A stretch of DNA of 64,000 nucleotides from Laetmonice hystrix (taxonomy: Eukaryota): the NCBI GenBank assembly GCA_965235115.1, contig OZ249440.1:31870001-31934000 (forward strand), given 5' to 3'. The notes below the pieces were generated by a model, which had not been told where the DNA came from, searched no databases, and saw nothing but the letters and a program-made list of their open reading frames with translations. This document shows, piece by piece, positions 24,499 to 38,432 of this stretch. Each line of letters begins with the position of its first letter. Within the stretch, counting starts at the first letter, position 1. Both the position numbers and the translations under genes were made by a program.

Positions 24499-26537
24499 AC
24501 GTGCTTGCATATAGTATCATTCTGTTCCTTACGACTTTTCTGTTACGTCTACGTCAATGTCAATCTGTAAGTGCCCCACCACTGCGCATGCGCAAAGTGA
24601 CCTACCCAAGAAGGAATGTGGCGCCAAATTCAAGGTTCAGTTTTTGCTGATGTCCCTCAATAATAACACCATGGGTCATATATCAAATCAAAGCTCAGAA
24701 CCTCAGCTATAAGGATCTGAAACATGAGGTCTTCCTGGGGTTGGAGGTTTTTGGCAAATTGCGAAAATCTGCAGGTACCTTGGAAACCATTTTTTTAGTA
24801 CATTATGGCTATTAGCATAGCTACAATATCTGTTCACCAATGGATTCATTATTAGAAACGGCAAACGATACTTCTGAGTTATTATAATTTTTATTATAAT
24901 TACCTGGAAGACCCTCGAGATTCTTCTTTAACCTAATTGCCATATATTTTTGACAAAGTAATGAATATTCCAATGGTTGCCATAGTAACCATAAAATACA
25001 TACCAGAAGAAGTGCTTTTGGTGTTTTAACATTTTCTTTAATATTTATATGGAAAGAAATGTTCTCCACACCCCCTAAAATTGGGATAGAAAATTTATTA
25101 GTGATAAATAGGAATGTCCTTAATGTGTTGTTGCCTAGCAACAACATTCCAATTGTTCTAATGCTTAGCAACCAGAGTTATCCGACATTCCATGGTCTGC
25201 TCTTTTGGTCATTATGTGCAATAGGTCAATTCCTTACACATTAGTATAATTGGCAATCACAAAAGGTTCACACATTCCTTGATGTTGCTTAGCAACGCCG
25301 TTCCATTTGAGGAATCCCTTAGCAACAAGCCAGTTACATGTACTATTCTCAATTCTATCAATATAAATCATTACGGTATGTGTTTCTTGTTACAGGGAAG
25401 ATTACAAGAGCAAAGAGCATGGCCTTTAATTGGCCTAATGTATCAATACTCTTTTAATGCAATAATAGCAGGAGTCTTTCAGTAGACTATGGGCGTTCTA
25501 GTTCGAGTGTTATCAAGATGGCAATCTATAGCTTTATAGTTTCCTATTACTGTGTCCTAGAAACAGTCATCACAGCAATTTTGATTACCTTCTTATCAAA
25601 ATTCAGGCCTGACAGAAGGAAAATTATAGTTCCTGGGTCGTATAATATTTATGAAGTTACATTTTTGTGAGTATAAGTGCCCTTATCCACCAGTATTCCT
25701 GAAATATTATTAATTTTGTATGATTTCTGAGTTTGCCATGTTGGTGTCACTTAACACTCAGGAACGTTTCATAGGAATCCATGACCACACTAGCTAACAT
25801 AAACGTGCATTAACCATGAGTTTGTTTCTTAACAAATATTGAAAATGGTAAGTCTGTGGCTAATATGTGTTATAAAATAGGCTCCAGCCGTTCAAGTAAA
25901 CAAGATAATACTGATTTTCTTGGTGTTAATGAGAAGGTATAACAATGTTGTATAGTTCAGATTTGCAGGCCTTCACATACAAACAATAGGCTATGAATTT
26001 CAACACTATTGCACTTACTGGTTGAGTATAGCAAAAGCTGTGATCAAGAAGCGAGAGCAAGCCAGAATAGGTCTAATGCGGTATACCGGTATATCTTAAC
26101 AAATATGCATGTAACAGTAGCACGGACACTTGGAAGTCCCTAAATATACAGGGACATAATTGATAATTTAGTGTCGCATTCAATTAACTAACCTAGATAC
26201 GAATTTCTTCATGACAACAGTAGACTCTGTTCCTCCTCGTTATGATTGTGTGGACAGTACATCACTATTCATGTTATATAGGGTTATTTGTGACATTCAC
26301 ATACCCCCGGTAAGCATTTATAATGGTTTTAAATACTTCAATACATATATTTGAAATCTCTAAAAGATTTCTCCGTCTACATATGCAGAGTTTGATCCAA
26401 CAGGTTTATCATTGGTGAAATCCAATACAGTGATTTTCATAGAGGATTATGACTTTGTGAAGTAATTTCAGTAATGCATCCTGTGAATAGAATGTGTGAA
26501 GAAAGGGACACACATCATCCCAAAGTCCCTCAATTGT

Positions 26538-26795
26538 TTATTCTTGAGTGTCATTATTCTCATCTGAGCAATCAGGTAACTGTGTGTAAACATTTTTGCA
26601 GTAGGCATTCTGATCTTGCGTTGGGTCAGAAGCATCACATCTACATGCTGGGGTACAGGGCTGGTTGTGCTTATGACACAGGCATTCATCAGCACAATAA
26701 TCCAGACACTGACAAACGAGGTCATTAAGAAGCTCTGGTGCACTGACGCCTTGGGTCATCATGACTGGTGAGATGGCCATACCTTTTTCGTCTGC
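26538..26795 (-). pseudogene. Academ-type transposase last exon, Cys-rich (CXC-like) finger
   Basis: APELLNDLVCQC...C...CLC......CTPACRC followed by an acidic tail and stop. Confidence 0.8.
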
Positions 26796-27008
26796 CTATC
26801 AAGATTTAAAGGAATAACAGTATGTTGTGTAAGCAGGCAAAATATGGATTTGGAGAGGGATCATATTGGGAAAAGGATATGAAATTTGATTTTTCTAGAT
26901 CATATTAAGTACAGGGCAGTGATGTATTACCTCAAATAAGCATCAATATGTACCTAACTTCGAAAGGTACAAAGTTGGTCTATGAGATTACCACGTTGAG
27001 TCACCTAC

Positions 27009-27304
27009 CTCAAATCCCATTTTCAGTCTGCATTGCGGAATAAGCTGTCTTCCATATTTTCAGTTGAAGAGCTGCTCTCTTCAAGTGTTGGTGAAAGCTG
27101 TTTTCTGTGTGTGGCAACAACTTAGGCGGCACCTTGTCCTTTGCCATTGTGCTTCTTAGGATATTAAGAGAAACCTGTGGCAACTTTTGGCCGTACATTC
27201 GAACAACAATATTTCTGCATGCATTTTCAACAGAAGGTAGGATGTCTTCATCATCACCGAGGTACTGTCCATCCACAAAATGGTTACATTTTTTCATTAG
27301 AAGC
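27009..27304 (-). pseudogene. Academ-type transposase, next exon
   Basis: ttttgcag acceptor splices in frame; LP-TENSFHQHLKRAALQLKIW motif; frameshift just before the GAG|GTAG donor. Confidence 0.8.
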
Positions 27305-27565
27305 CTGCAAAAAGAAGTGACATTGTATGTTCAAAATATGGTATTCATAGAAATGGTTCAGCATGTAGATAAATGCTTGCAAAGTTTGCTGCAATGTGCA
27401 CATCATTACTCACTGGGATCCCTCATTTGCATTACATTGGCAAGAAGTATGATGTGCATGTTGATTTGATTAAACTCTTACACCTAGTCAAACCAGTTAG
27501 GGTGAACCATTCTACAAGTGGATAGTGAAGTACAAGCCTTAAGTAGGCCAAAGAATTAGCCTCAC

Positions 27566-28120
27566 CTGAAGGCAGTTGCTTTGCCATGGTTAAAGAAGGA
27601 ACTGGTTGTGTCGCAGCCTGACAGGCAGTAAATAACCAGCAGCATGTTTCTCTGAGAGGGAGTCAGTTTTTCATGTAGCAAGTGCACAGGGATTAATCTG
27701 GTGTTTGAGGTATGGATACCTGAGTGTCCTGTGAGCCAGTATATTTCATCAGCTGGGATGTTTCTTCGATGATGGAGCAGAAGAGTGAGAACATCAGTGT
27801 CATTGCTTCTAACCGTTAAAACCTTGGCTCCCATTGAGGCCCCATAAACGGCATGGGCACTAAGTCTTGCATCCGCTTCCTCAATGTTTGACTGGAGGAC
27901 TTCGCAGGTCGAGTTTCCAGTGCATGTGATGACTTGAGTGCTTTCTCCTGACCCTCCACTTATGTACATGGTCTGGCCCTCCATCAGTCTCTGTCCAGCA
28001 TGTGCAAGTAGATACTCAGCAAAAAGCTCGATTAATGCGGTCTTATTTTCAGTGTGGGACAAAAAAGCAGTCCAGTCTTTCGGGGCGATTCCTCCCAGAG
28101 TGACATGATGCACATGTCCA
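27566..28120 (-). pseudogene. Academ-type transposase exon, XPG/FEN1-like nuclease domain
   Basis: EEADAR, SNDTDV and LSGCDTTSSFFNHGK motifs; ends at a phase-2 AG|GTGAG donor; cut at its 5' side by the CTT tract. Confidence 0.85.
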
Positions 28121-28125
28121 CGGGG

Positions 28126-28634
28126 CTTCTTCTTCTTCTTCTTCTTCTTCTTGTTGTTGTTGTTCTTCTTCTTCTTCTTCTTCTTCTTCTTCTTCTTCTT
28201 CTTCTTGTTCTTCTTCTTCTTCTTGTTCTTCTTGTTGTTCTTCTTCTTCTTCTTCTTCTTCTTGTTGTTGTTGTTGTTCTTCTTCTTCTTCTTCTTCTTC
28301 TTCTTGTTCTTCTTCTTCTTCTTGTTCTTCTTGTTGTTGTTCTTCTTCTTCTTCTTCTTCTTCTTGTTCTTCTTCTTGTTCTTCTTGTTCTTCTTCTTGT
28401 TCTTCTTGTTCTTCTTCTTGTTCTTCTTGTTCTTCTTGTTCTTCTGCTTCTTCTGCTTCTTCTGCTTCTTCTTCTGCTTCTTCTTCTGCTTCTTCTTCTG
28501 CTTCTTCTGCTTCTTCTGCTTCTTCTGCTTCTTCTTCTGCTTCTTCTTCTGCTTCTTCTTCTGCTTCTTCTTCTGCTTCTGCTTCTTCTTCTGCTTCTTC
28601 TTCTTCTTCTTCTTCTTCTTCTTCTTCTTCTTCT
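28126..28634 (+). repeat. Compound (CTT/GTT/CTG)n microsatellite, ~510 bp
   Basis: Directly visible. Confidence 0.98.
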
Positions 28635-29150
28635 GATTATTCCCGTGGTTAGACTTTTGCCGTATCTCGGTTATCTATGAAGATATCGTCATGAAACTTG
28701 CAGGGGACATTGATCATCCACTAAAATGATCAGCTATTGACCGATTACGTCATATGACGTCACGTCAATGACTTATGACGTGTTAAAGTTGCTCAAATGA
28801 GGGCTCATTTCTTGAATTTCAGGAAAAGTAGGAGCAATCTCCATGATAGTTCCTAATTAGGCACTTAGGCATTAATCGTCATGCACCTGAATTTGACCTC
28901 TTACCTTTGACCTTTGTGAGATCTAGGTCAAAGATGTTAAACAGCTTAAATTACATCTCCTCCCCCTTTTATTGGAACGATTTGAAGTCAGGAATTTGAC
29001 CTATATTAAGAGAGTCACGTGACTTTGAAATTTGTCACTTTTGTCACTTTTTGCTCAAATTGCTTCAACGAGATAGAAATTATATATTTGGTCACTAGAT
29101 GTGTGCTCCTAGTAAAGATTGGTCACTTTGCATAATTTTTTGCATAAATT
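28635..29150 (+). mobile_element. Possible Helentron-associated (DINE/Pearl-like) body following the microsatellite
   Basis: ATGAAACTTG, TTTGACCT and GGTCA motifs typical of such elements; termini not resolved. Confidence 0.35.
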
Positions 29151-29254
29151 TACCAATATCTTTTTATTTATGATGAAATATGTAATCTGACGATGTCATG
29201 CTCTATCTTGAAACGTGTGTATGCTAGCCATCTACAAATATAACAGTTACAAAG

Positions 29255-29620
29255 TGTATAGAGACACGTATACCACTGATCGTTTAGTTCTTTTCTTGGA
29301 AAGGTAATGTGGCCAGAATTGTAAGTTTTAATGGGCATAGTCTCCACAATAATATTTTTACCCTCTGCCGGTAAGCATCTCTGAATACACAAACCGCCTG
29401 CTGTGACGCCGGCCGCCTCTCCCAGCCCGGTGTTGGCAGCGTTACGTAACTGCTGCTGATAAGGTCGAGGTCGGTTACTCCCCCACTCCTCGCAGTCAGG
29501 GTTGGTTGATGGACCCTTGCTGGGAACAGACTTAATTGACTAGCTTGGCCTTTGTATTTATAACTGTGGGTGTAACTGTCTTTATACTATATTCTTGAAT
29601 CTTGAATCTAATAGGAGATT
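29255..29620 (+). repeat. Dispersed repeat; second copy at ~36925-37295
   Basis: Shared GTATACCACTGATCGTTT...GGCCAGAATTGTAA...GCATCTCTGAATACAC. Confidence 0.75.
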
Positions 29621-30756
29621 TCATGTTTACAAACATGGGGGTGATTCGCGCATGCGCATGACTGGCGCCATGACTCTGGCTGGCAGAAAGTACACACCAG
29701 CAGCTGTGTTTACTACCACTGACCACAGAGTCCGTCGGAAACTATGCTGCAATCATGGATAATAACTGGTCCGTGTACGTTCTAAACCTAGATAGGCTAC
29801 AGACACTAAAGAGCGATGTAAAGCCAAACTTCAGTATGATGGCAGTTTGATTTTTAACTGACCCGTATTTCGACAAAGAAGGGTGGACTCGGGCCAGTCG
29901 GGCCCAGTCAGCCCGCGAGCCGTCACAGCTTCTTGACCGCCCGGCCCCCAGTGTTAGTTGACCCGGTTGCACTCTACCGACGAGCCGTACTGAGAGCGCT
30001 GGTTGGCATGCTCTCTTTCACTTTCAGTTTATACGTATGTAGTTTCTCATGTTTTTTTTTTAAATGAATCCCTAGCATTTTGTTGCATGGGACTGGGGAA
30101 ACTTTTTTGACGAATAGACAGATGGAGGTAAAATACCCCCCCCCCCCCGTCATCTAAATTTGGGTAAAAAAGGGGAAGGTAACCACCAGAACACAAGCAC
30201 GCGTGTCAGTGTACCCAGCTCCCGGCGTTCACGCAGCCACCCCCGGCACCGTGCATGCTTACACCCGTGGCCTGGGGCCCGTTGCATAAAAAAATCCCCG
30301 CCCGCTCCGTAAACCACCCAGACCTGATCTGTCCAGCCTTCCTTGACCTCGCTAATAGTGCTTAGTATGTATACTGTGCAGGATACAACCATATTTGGTT
30401 GTTCTTCGAAAAACGTGCATAAACAGACAAAATACGGAGAAGAATCTGTATTGTTTACAGTGCATCACTGGCTCCATTGTTGACTTTCTGCCAGCCAGAG
30501 CGCTGTAGGTGGTTACGTAACCACCCCGCTATCGGAAGTGACGTAGTGCCTGAAACCTCCTATACGGGAGGAGTATATTATATTCTTGAATATATAGGCC
30601 TACTGGAGGAGAGGGGAATAAAACAACCCTGATTATAAGCCGTCTTCTTGTCGTTACAACTCTTGGCGAGCTGCACCCTTGGTTCAGGGAGCCAGCAGTT
30701 TGGTGTGGATGGTTCCACAGCTGTAGGTGTAACCACTTGATCCTGGTATGGTGTAA

Positions 30757-31556
30757 AGCCGGCCACACACCAAGGAAACTGGGTCATCCGACCCGACCGG
30801 ACTGGACAGTTTCCTTGGTGTGTGCGCCCCTACGACCCGACGAGACGGTTTTTGCCAGTCGGCGACGGCCAGTTTTTCAGATTAAACATGTTGAATATGA
30901 AAGACTGCGACTCCCGACTCCCGACTCGGTGTGTGTTGACAGTCGGCAGTCTTTAGTCGGCTGGGAGGCAATAGCCAATCAGTGCTCGGCAAAGTACCAT
31001 GTGATGATTCGTGTCATGTGATCCATATAGGCCTAGTGTCCATACGGGGAAAAAAGAAGAGGCATGGAAGAAAGTAGCAGCAGAGTTTGAGGAAAAGTGG
31101 AATTTTCCTCATTGTGTTGGAGCACTAGATGGCAAGCACATCAGACTCAAACCACCAGCAAATTTCGGGTCCATTTTCCATAATTATAAACTAAATTATA
31201 TTATTGAAGGACTATTTCAACTCAACAGACGGGGCAGTATCATGGCAGGATAGCATGATTTGTTAAAGTGCCACTCATTTCAACTGGATGAATTTGATCA
31301 ATTTTCGATCCTGTACGACCTACTCGAAGTTGCGCAATCACAAACTGTTTACTTTGGTGGTTTGAGCAAAGTTCCACATGGAGCGCTGTAGTTGCACGCT
31401 TAGTATGGAAGATTTCCGGGTGGGGCGCATCCATCGCATCAACGACTGTCAGTCGGGAGTCGGCTCGGTGTGTGCGGGGGGCACACACCTAGTCTTAGCG
31501 CCATAAAACTGGTCAGTCTCTGCGACTGACCCAGTTTCCTTGGTGTGTGGCCGGCT
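30757..31556 (+). mobile_element. Internally deleted PIF/Harbinger element
   Basis: 30-bp TIR AGCCGGCCACACACCAAGGAAACTGGGTCA; TAA TSD. Confidence 0.95.
31050..31190 (+). pseudogene. Harbinger (HARBI1-like DDE) transposase fragment
   Basis: WKKVAAEFEEKWNFPHCVGALDGKHIRLKPP...FHNYK. Confidence 0.9.
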
Positions 31557-31578
31557 TAACTGTCTATACTAATAGGTA

Positions 31579-32317
31579 CAGTAGAACCTCACCTAACGAC
31601 CACCTCAGAATTAAGACCACCTCAAAAATACGACCACTTTTGAGCAGTCCCAAAATTATCCCTATATTTTCAATGCATTTAAGTTTCAGAAATACGACCA
31701 CCTCGGAATTCACTTTTACGACCACTTATTTCAGTCCCAAATTGGATTCAACCTCACAATAACGACCAGTCAGTGACCAGATGGAGTGGCTGGCAGTGTT
31801 TGTACATGTAGTTGTAAGACAATGGGAGGTGCGACTTGGATTAACAGACTCGGCCGAGGTGCTTCTGCCCACCTTGACCCTAAATAACAGCAGTGTTTGT
31901 AGAGACTTTATAAACACAATGGGAGGTGCGACTTGGATTAATGGGCCGAGGTGTTTCTGTCCACCTAGACCCTACCTGAGTCACTATACACCGAGACTGA
32001 TTTTGGTATCCCACACACTTGTTCCTGTTCATCCAACTCAGTCTTATAGTTTTCAGTTATTCCCAAGTTTTAGAGTGTTTCAAGTTGGTCTTTCTCTTCA
32101 TGCAAATAAACATAAAAATAAGGCCTATGAATCTTTGTCTATTGCATCCTTTACTGATATCATGCTGATATACCTATGAGCATCCCTAATCCAGGTTAAA
32201 TGATAGGCCCCCCTATACCCAAAACCCTTCCTAATCCAGGTCAAATTTCAGAATTACGACCATCTCAGAATTACGACCACTTTCGGCCAGTCCCTCAGGT
32301 GGTCGTATTTGTGAGGT
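31579..32317 (+). mobile_element. Tc1/pogo (Tigger-like) MITE
   Basis: TA|CAGTAGAACCTCAC start; ACGACCAC subterminal repeats; right tip missing. Confidence 0.8.
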
Positions 32318-33122
32318 ACATATTTTCTTGAAACTGATATTGGAGGCAAGCAATAAAACTCTGATGAAGGCTGTCTTCTTCAAGTTGCACGATCTGCAGG
32401 TCTAATGCATTCTGGGGTGCGTTGCATAATGAATCCCGCTCGGCAAATCCTCCGCTAAATGTCAGTTAACGGGTTGTTGCGTTGCATAAAAAAATCCCGC
32501 CCACTTAGGCCTACAAATTTTCCTGTTACCTGTTGTTTTTAACGGGCACCTGCCAAGAAAATGGACTTTCTTGTGGTGGTCGCCATTAAAAATTCTGATG
32601 AGAGAAAATCTTTTCAATATGGATTTGAAATATTTCCTTTCATTTTTTCATTACTTGACTCCCGTGCACCCCTACGTAGTTAAAGCTCAGAATGTTAGCT
32701 TTCAGATGGTACAAAAGGTGTACTTGTACGATAAACGGTGAGCGGGTAGGAACCAAATAAAATCAAGATACAGAAAAATCTCTTGTGGTGACCGGCGGCC
32801 GACGGGACTTAAAAAAAACAGTGATACATGCAAATTAAAATCAGATGTCTTTTAACAAGCATCAGTATGTATTAATAGAATATATCGGGTGGATAAAAAA
32901 AAAACGCCCCGAACTTTAAACTTCAATATTTCAAAAAGTAATGATTGTAATTCAATGAAATTTTTCTTAATATCAGTTCATAATGTTGTCTCTTAGTTGT
33001 TAATGTTACAACTCAATAGCTTGGATAACATTTCCGTGGGGCTAAAAACAAAAATCATTGTACAAAAGCGGAATGCCGGGCTAAAGCGAGTTGTAGTCGC
33101 ACCCAGAGTCCCTGGCCTCACA

Positions 33123-33250
33123 CTAGAGTAGGTGATCAATCGGTCCCCCGTTTTCACTCCATACTGCTCTCAGTCTCTTTTTCCATGAGCCAATGCACTT
33201 CCTGATCTCTGATAGGGAAATATCTTCCCAACATTGGGAAATACGCAACG
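33123..33250 (-). pseudogene. Tc1/mariner transposase C-terminal remnant
   Basis: WEDISLSEIRKCIGSWKKRLRAVWSENGGPIDHLL. Confidence 0.8.
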
Positions 33251-33731
33251 TTCTGAACGTGTTGCTAAACGTGATAATGATACGATTTCCCTTGAACTTC
33301 TCGTTACAGTCATACGTCCTCATGTTGCAGTTTCTCTGTAGGGTTTGGCACATTAAACATCTGTTTTTCTCTAAAAGTACTAGGAATAGCACATATTTTA
33401 TTATATCTAGTGGTCCACAACATGATACATATTGTAAAAGATGCAAAAACTAAATATTGAATTTTTTTTACCCAAGGTACAAATGCGGTGAATCAAACAG
33501 GTGTCAAATTGGACACCTGGCAGCTGCATGATATTTGACCTAATTCGACACCTTCACTTAAACATCACCCCCCCCCCTTTCTGAAAGCTAGATCCGCCTC
33601 TGATGGCTCCATTAACATTACCGTTAACACAATTAAGTTCCATAACACCCACCTCTTGCACGTCTTGTCGCAATAATACTGTACTCTAGGGTCTGAACTA
33701 CTGTTTTAAAGGAAAATAACAACTTAAAATG

Positions 33732-36008
33732 TAACGTTGAAGGTTTACAGGATAATCCAAAGCAATTTCTTTATGGTCATGTTAGTCGGAATATAGTCGG
33801 AATATAGATATGGAAGCCTCTCATTGGGGGGCATTTTCACTAGGTGACTATGCACACCCCCAATCTCTCAGTGAGCTGGTAGAAATATGGGTGCCTCTCA
33901 TTCTTCAGGGCGGGGGGTCCATATTACACTATGAGATTTGGACCCCCCCCCACCCCTCTCATTCTTGGGAGAGGGGTGTCCATATTACACTATGAAATCT
34001 CACAGTGAGCTGGTAGAAATATGGGTACTTTTTACGGCATATATTGTCACCGTGCATATATTGTCGCCGGCAAACATTGGCATGATTTCGCCGCCGACAA
34101 AATATGCACGGCGACAATATATCCCGTAACATACCTCTCATTCTTCAGGGGGGGGGGGGGGGGTCCATATTACACTATGAAATTTGGACCCCCCCCCCCA
34201 ATCTCTAGGTGACTATCCCACCCCCCCCCCCCCAATTTCATAGTGAGCTGGTAGAAATATGGGTACCTCTCATTCTTCACGGGGGGGGGGGGGGGTCCAT
34301 ATCACACTATGAAATTTGGACCCCACCCCCACCCCCACCCCCACCCCCAATCTCCAGGTGACTATGGACACCCCTCCCCTAATCTCTCAATGAGCTGGTA
34401 TGACTATTGAACCCTCTCATTCTTGGGAGAGGGGTGTCCATATTACACTATGAAATATAGACACCCCCCCCCCCCCCAATCTCACAGTGAGCTGGTAGAA
34501 ATATGGGTAGCCTACTTTATTACGGCATATTTTGTCGCCGTGCATATATTGTCGCCGCCGACAAACTATGCACGGCGACTATATGCCTTAACATACCTCT
34601 CATTCTTCACGGGCGGGGGTCCATATTACACTATGAAATTTGGACCCACCCTCACCCCCAATCTCTAGGTGACTATCCCCCCCCAATCTCTCAGTGAGCT
34701 GGTATGAATATTGAACAAGGGGCATATTACACTATGAAATATGGACACCACCCCCCCCCCCATCTCACTTATTATTGGGGTTGAGAGGACAATCAACGAT
34801 TTTTATGTCACTTATAGGTATTTGATTATGCTCATTGTCAAAATATATTTGGAGCCTCCTATTTATAATAACGTTGAAGGTTTACAGGATAATCCAAAGC
34901 AATTTCTTTATGGTCATGTTAGTCGGAATATAGACGGAATATAGATATGGAAGCCTCTCATTGGGGGGCATTTTCACTAGGTGACTATGCACACCCCCAA
35001 TCTCTCAGTGAGCTGGTAGAAATATGGGTGCCTCTCATTCTTCAGGGCGGGGGGTTAATATTACGCTATGAGATTTGGACACCCCCCCCCCCCACCCCTC
35101 TCATTCTTGGGAGAGGGGTGTCCATATTACACTATGAAATATAGACCCCCCCCCCAATCTCATAGTGAGCTGGTAGAAATATGGGTACTTTTTACGGCAT
35201 ATATTGTCACCGTGCATATATTGTCGCCGGCAAACATTGGCATGATTTCGCCGCCGACAAAATATGCACGGCGACAATATATCCCGTAACATACCTCTCA
35301 TTCTTCAGGGGGGGGGTCCATATTACACTATGAAATTTGGACCCCCCCAATCTCTAGGTGACTATCCCCCCCCCCCCCCAATTTCATAGTGAGCTGGTAG
35401 AAATATGGGCACCTCTCATTCTTCACGGGGGGGGGGTCCATATCACACTATGAAATTTGGACCCCACCCCCCACCCCCCACCCCCAATCTCTAGGTGACT
35501 ATGGACACCCCTCCCCTAATCTCTCCGTGAGCTGGTATGACTATTGAACCCTCTCATTCTTGGGAGAGGGGTGTCCATATTACACTATGAAATATAGACA
35601 CCCCCCCCCAATCTCACAGTGAGCTGGTAGAAATATGGGTAGCCTACTTTATTACGGCATATTTTGTCGCCGTGCATATATTGTCGCCGCCGACAAACTA
35701 TGCACGGCGACTATATGCCGTAACATACCTCTCATTCTTAACGGGGGGGGGGGGGTCCATATTACACTATGAAATTTGGACCCACCCTCACCCCCAATCT
35801 TTAGGTGACTACCCCCGCCCCCCCCCCCCAATCTCTCAGTGAGCTGGTATGAATATTGAACAAGGGGCATATTACACTATGAAATATGGACACCACCCCC
35901 CCATCTCACTTATTATTGGGGTTGAGAGGACAATCAACGATTTTTATGTCACTTATAGGTATTTGATTATGCTCATTGTCAAAATATATTTGGAGCCTCC
36001 TATTTATA
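33732..36008 (+). repeat. Recent 1137-bp tandem duplication made of short subrepeats
   Basis: TAACGTTGAAGGTTTACAGG at 33732 and 34869; GGTCCATATTACACTATGAAAT subunits. Confidence 0.9.
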
Positions 36009-38432
36009 ATAAAAATGATACTCATACTCAGACATATCAGTTTGTCAAGTTTTCGCTTATCAAGATTTCAAGCTTTGAAGTATAGTCCATCGGGGCAACT
36101 TCCTTGTCGCTGGCCTTGGGAATAAACTGGGCAGATTAGCTGGGGTGGGGGTGGGGAGGGGGGTGGGTCCACATTCCGCTATTTAAATTCGACCTACATC
36201 CCGGAAAAATAGAGGGATAACTTCATATGCTACTCAAAGCTAGTAATATAATATAGCTCCTTTAACACATTTTTACTGTCATTAATTCAGGACCCAGCTG
36301 CCATAAACAATGTTGGATGAGTGGTGAGAGTCCAGGCTTAGGGCATGATGTAGGCCTAAATCCTAGGCCTACTAATAAGCAACTTTTTATGGAAACTGAC
36401 AGAAATGATTGTTTTGTATAATATTGCTATAGTTTGGCAAGTCATTGTGTATAAAATAGAGGCAAAACGGAGGGGGGTCCATATCGTATGGGGGGAGTCC
36501 ATATTTCACTGTGAAATATGGACCGGGGGTCCATATATTATGGGGGGTCCATTTTGCATCTCACACCGGCATTGCGTTTTTAGACACTGATTTTTGTTTT
36601 TAGAGCCCCGGGATTAATATCAAAGCTATTGAGCTGAAACTTTAACATACCAGAGACAATATGATGAAATGATATTAAGAGAAATTTTATTGAATTATAA
36701 TGCATAGTTTTTAAAATATTAAAGTTTAAAGTTCGGGGCGTTTTTTTTATCCACCCGATATAAGCAGTCAATAGAAAAAGATCTAAGCTTTCATTTGGTA
36801 GAAGTATGTTATAAAATAATATAAATTGACAGAGTTATGAGCTCATGAATGTATTAACATTTCGACTGCTCGCTGAGCATTGACACCCTGAGGCGCTCTC
36901 TCCTGTGATACCTATTTTAAGATAGTGTATAGATTCAGGTATACCACTGATCGTTTTTCTTTTGTTCTTTTGGGGGAAAGGTAATCTGGCCAGAATTGTA
37001 ACTTTTAATGGGTATAGTCTTCATAATAATATTTTTGCACTCTGGAGGTTGGCATCTCTGAATACACAGATTTCCTACTGTGACGCGGCCGCCTGCCGGT
37101 AAGCAGAGTTACGTAAGGGCTGGTGTTAAGGGCTCGCCCGTCGGTCGTGACTACAGTCAGGGTGCCTCCCAGTCACGCTGGGGTTGGAGGAATATGTGTA
37201 TTCAGAACTGATATAATTGAATTAACTGTGGTTTTGAACTGGGGGTGTAGGCTAACTGTCTAATGTATATGTATTTGAATCTTACATGGGAGGAGAGCTG
37301 AATAAAAGAATACTTTGATTGTTGGCTGTGGAATTAAGGTGACATGCTAAACTTTTGGTCAGTTGCACTTCGTTTCAGCCTGAGTCAAAAGCCTGGTGTG
37401 GATGACATTCACACCCATTGGCCTTGTGTGACACTGACCTGGCAGGGCCCTTTTTGATAGGCCCCCTAGGCCTATCCGTGTCACAGTTGGCGGAATCACA
37501 GGACAGTCAAATTAAATGAGAGAAAAATGTAGGTAATGATATCAAACCATTGGGGAAATGGGATCCTACCTGTATTGCTTGGCAATCAGCGTTTCTAGTT
37601 TTAAAGATAAACTCCTGTAGATTACAGAGTGACGTTTATTTTTGCTTAGATTGGGTGTATTTAACGGACGACGGTCTGACCTTTGAAGAATAACAAGTAC
37701 AAGTGGTCAATGTAATTCCGTCACAATATTTTCAATCTCGTTCACATGGCACTGTTATTTTCTCGTGATATTTCATAAAATTCCGTTTTTAACAATTTTT
37801 TAATGCTGTTTCTGAAAATAATCATGATATATTGTTTAGTGTGGTTTATATTTAAAAGCAAGCCGCGACGGAATTAACGTCGTGACGGAATTACACGTGA
37901 ATGTAATTCCGTCATATCGCCCCCCCCCCCCCCCCCCATGATTCCAAAAGTTTCTTGGGCCCTGCCCTGCTTACGTGCAGAATCTTGGGCGGCCCTGGGG
38001 GAAATAGCAACGGAGCGTCAACGTGAGCGAAGGACTCAAACAGAATCCAAGGGTAGCCTGTAGAGCTGGGGGGGGGGGGGGTAGTCGGGGGAAGGGGGAT
38101 GGCAGTTGCCCATCCCTAAGATTTTGTTTTACCCTTTAGGTTACCATATACCGAGCAGTTACCGTAACCCAGCCACTGTATTCCATATTGGAAATAAAAT
38201 AAACAAAATGACCCATGGCCATGACCCACCACTTTGAAATGGGGGGGGGGGCAGTGTATCTTTTGCCCCCCCCCCCCCCCCAACTTTTTACTCGAAACTT
38301 GAACGTCGCTGCCATACCTTATTTTGTGTTCTAAAATGCACCTGATGTCACCAAAAGAACCTGAAATTTCTTCGGCCCTCGTGATGGACTCATTTGGCCC
38401 ATCTAAATCCCCACCCCCACTCCACCCACCTG

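Larger units (their letters stand above)
32883..36760 (-). mobile_element. Tc1/mariner element with ~190-bp TIRs
   Basis: TA|TATCGGGTGGATAAAA ... TTTTATCCACCCGATA|TA. Confidence 0.9.

Noticed and set aside
28054..28680. Poly-Leu and poly-Phe ORFs
   Set aside because: Microsatellite translation artefacts.
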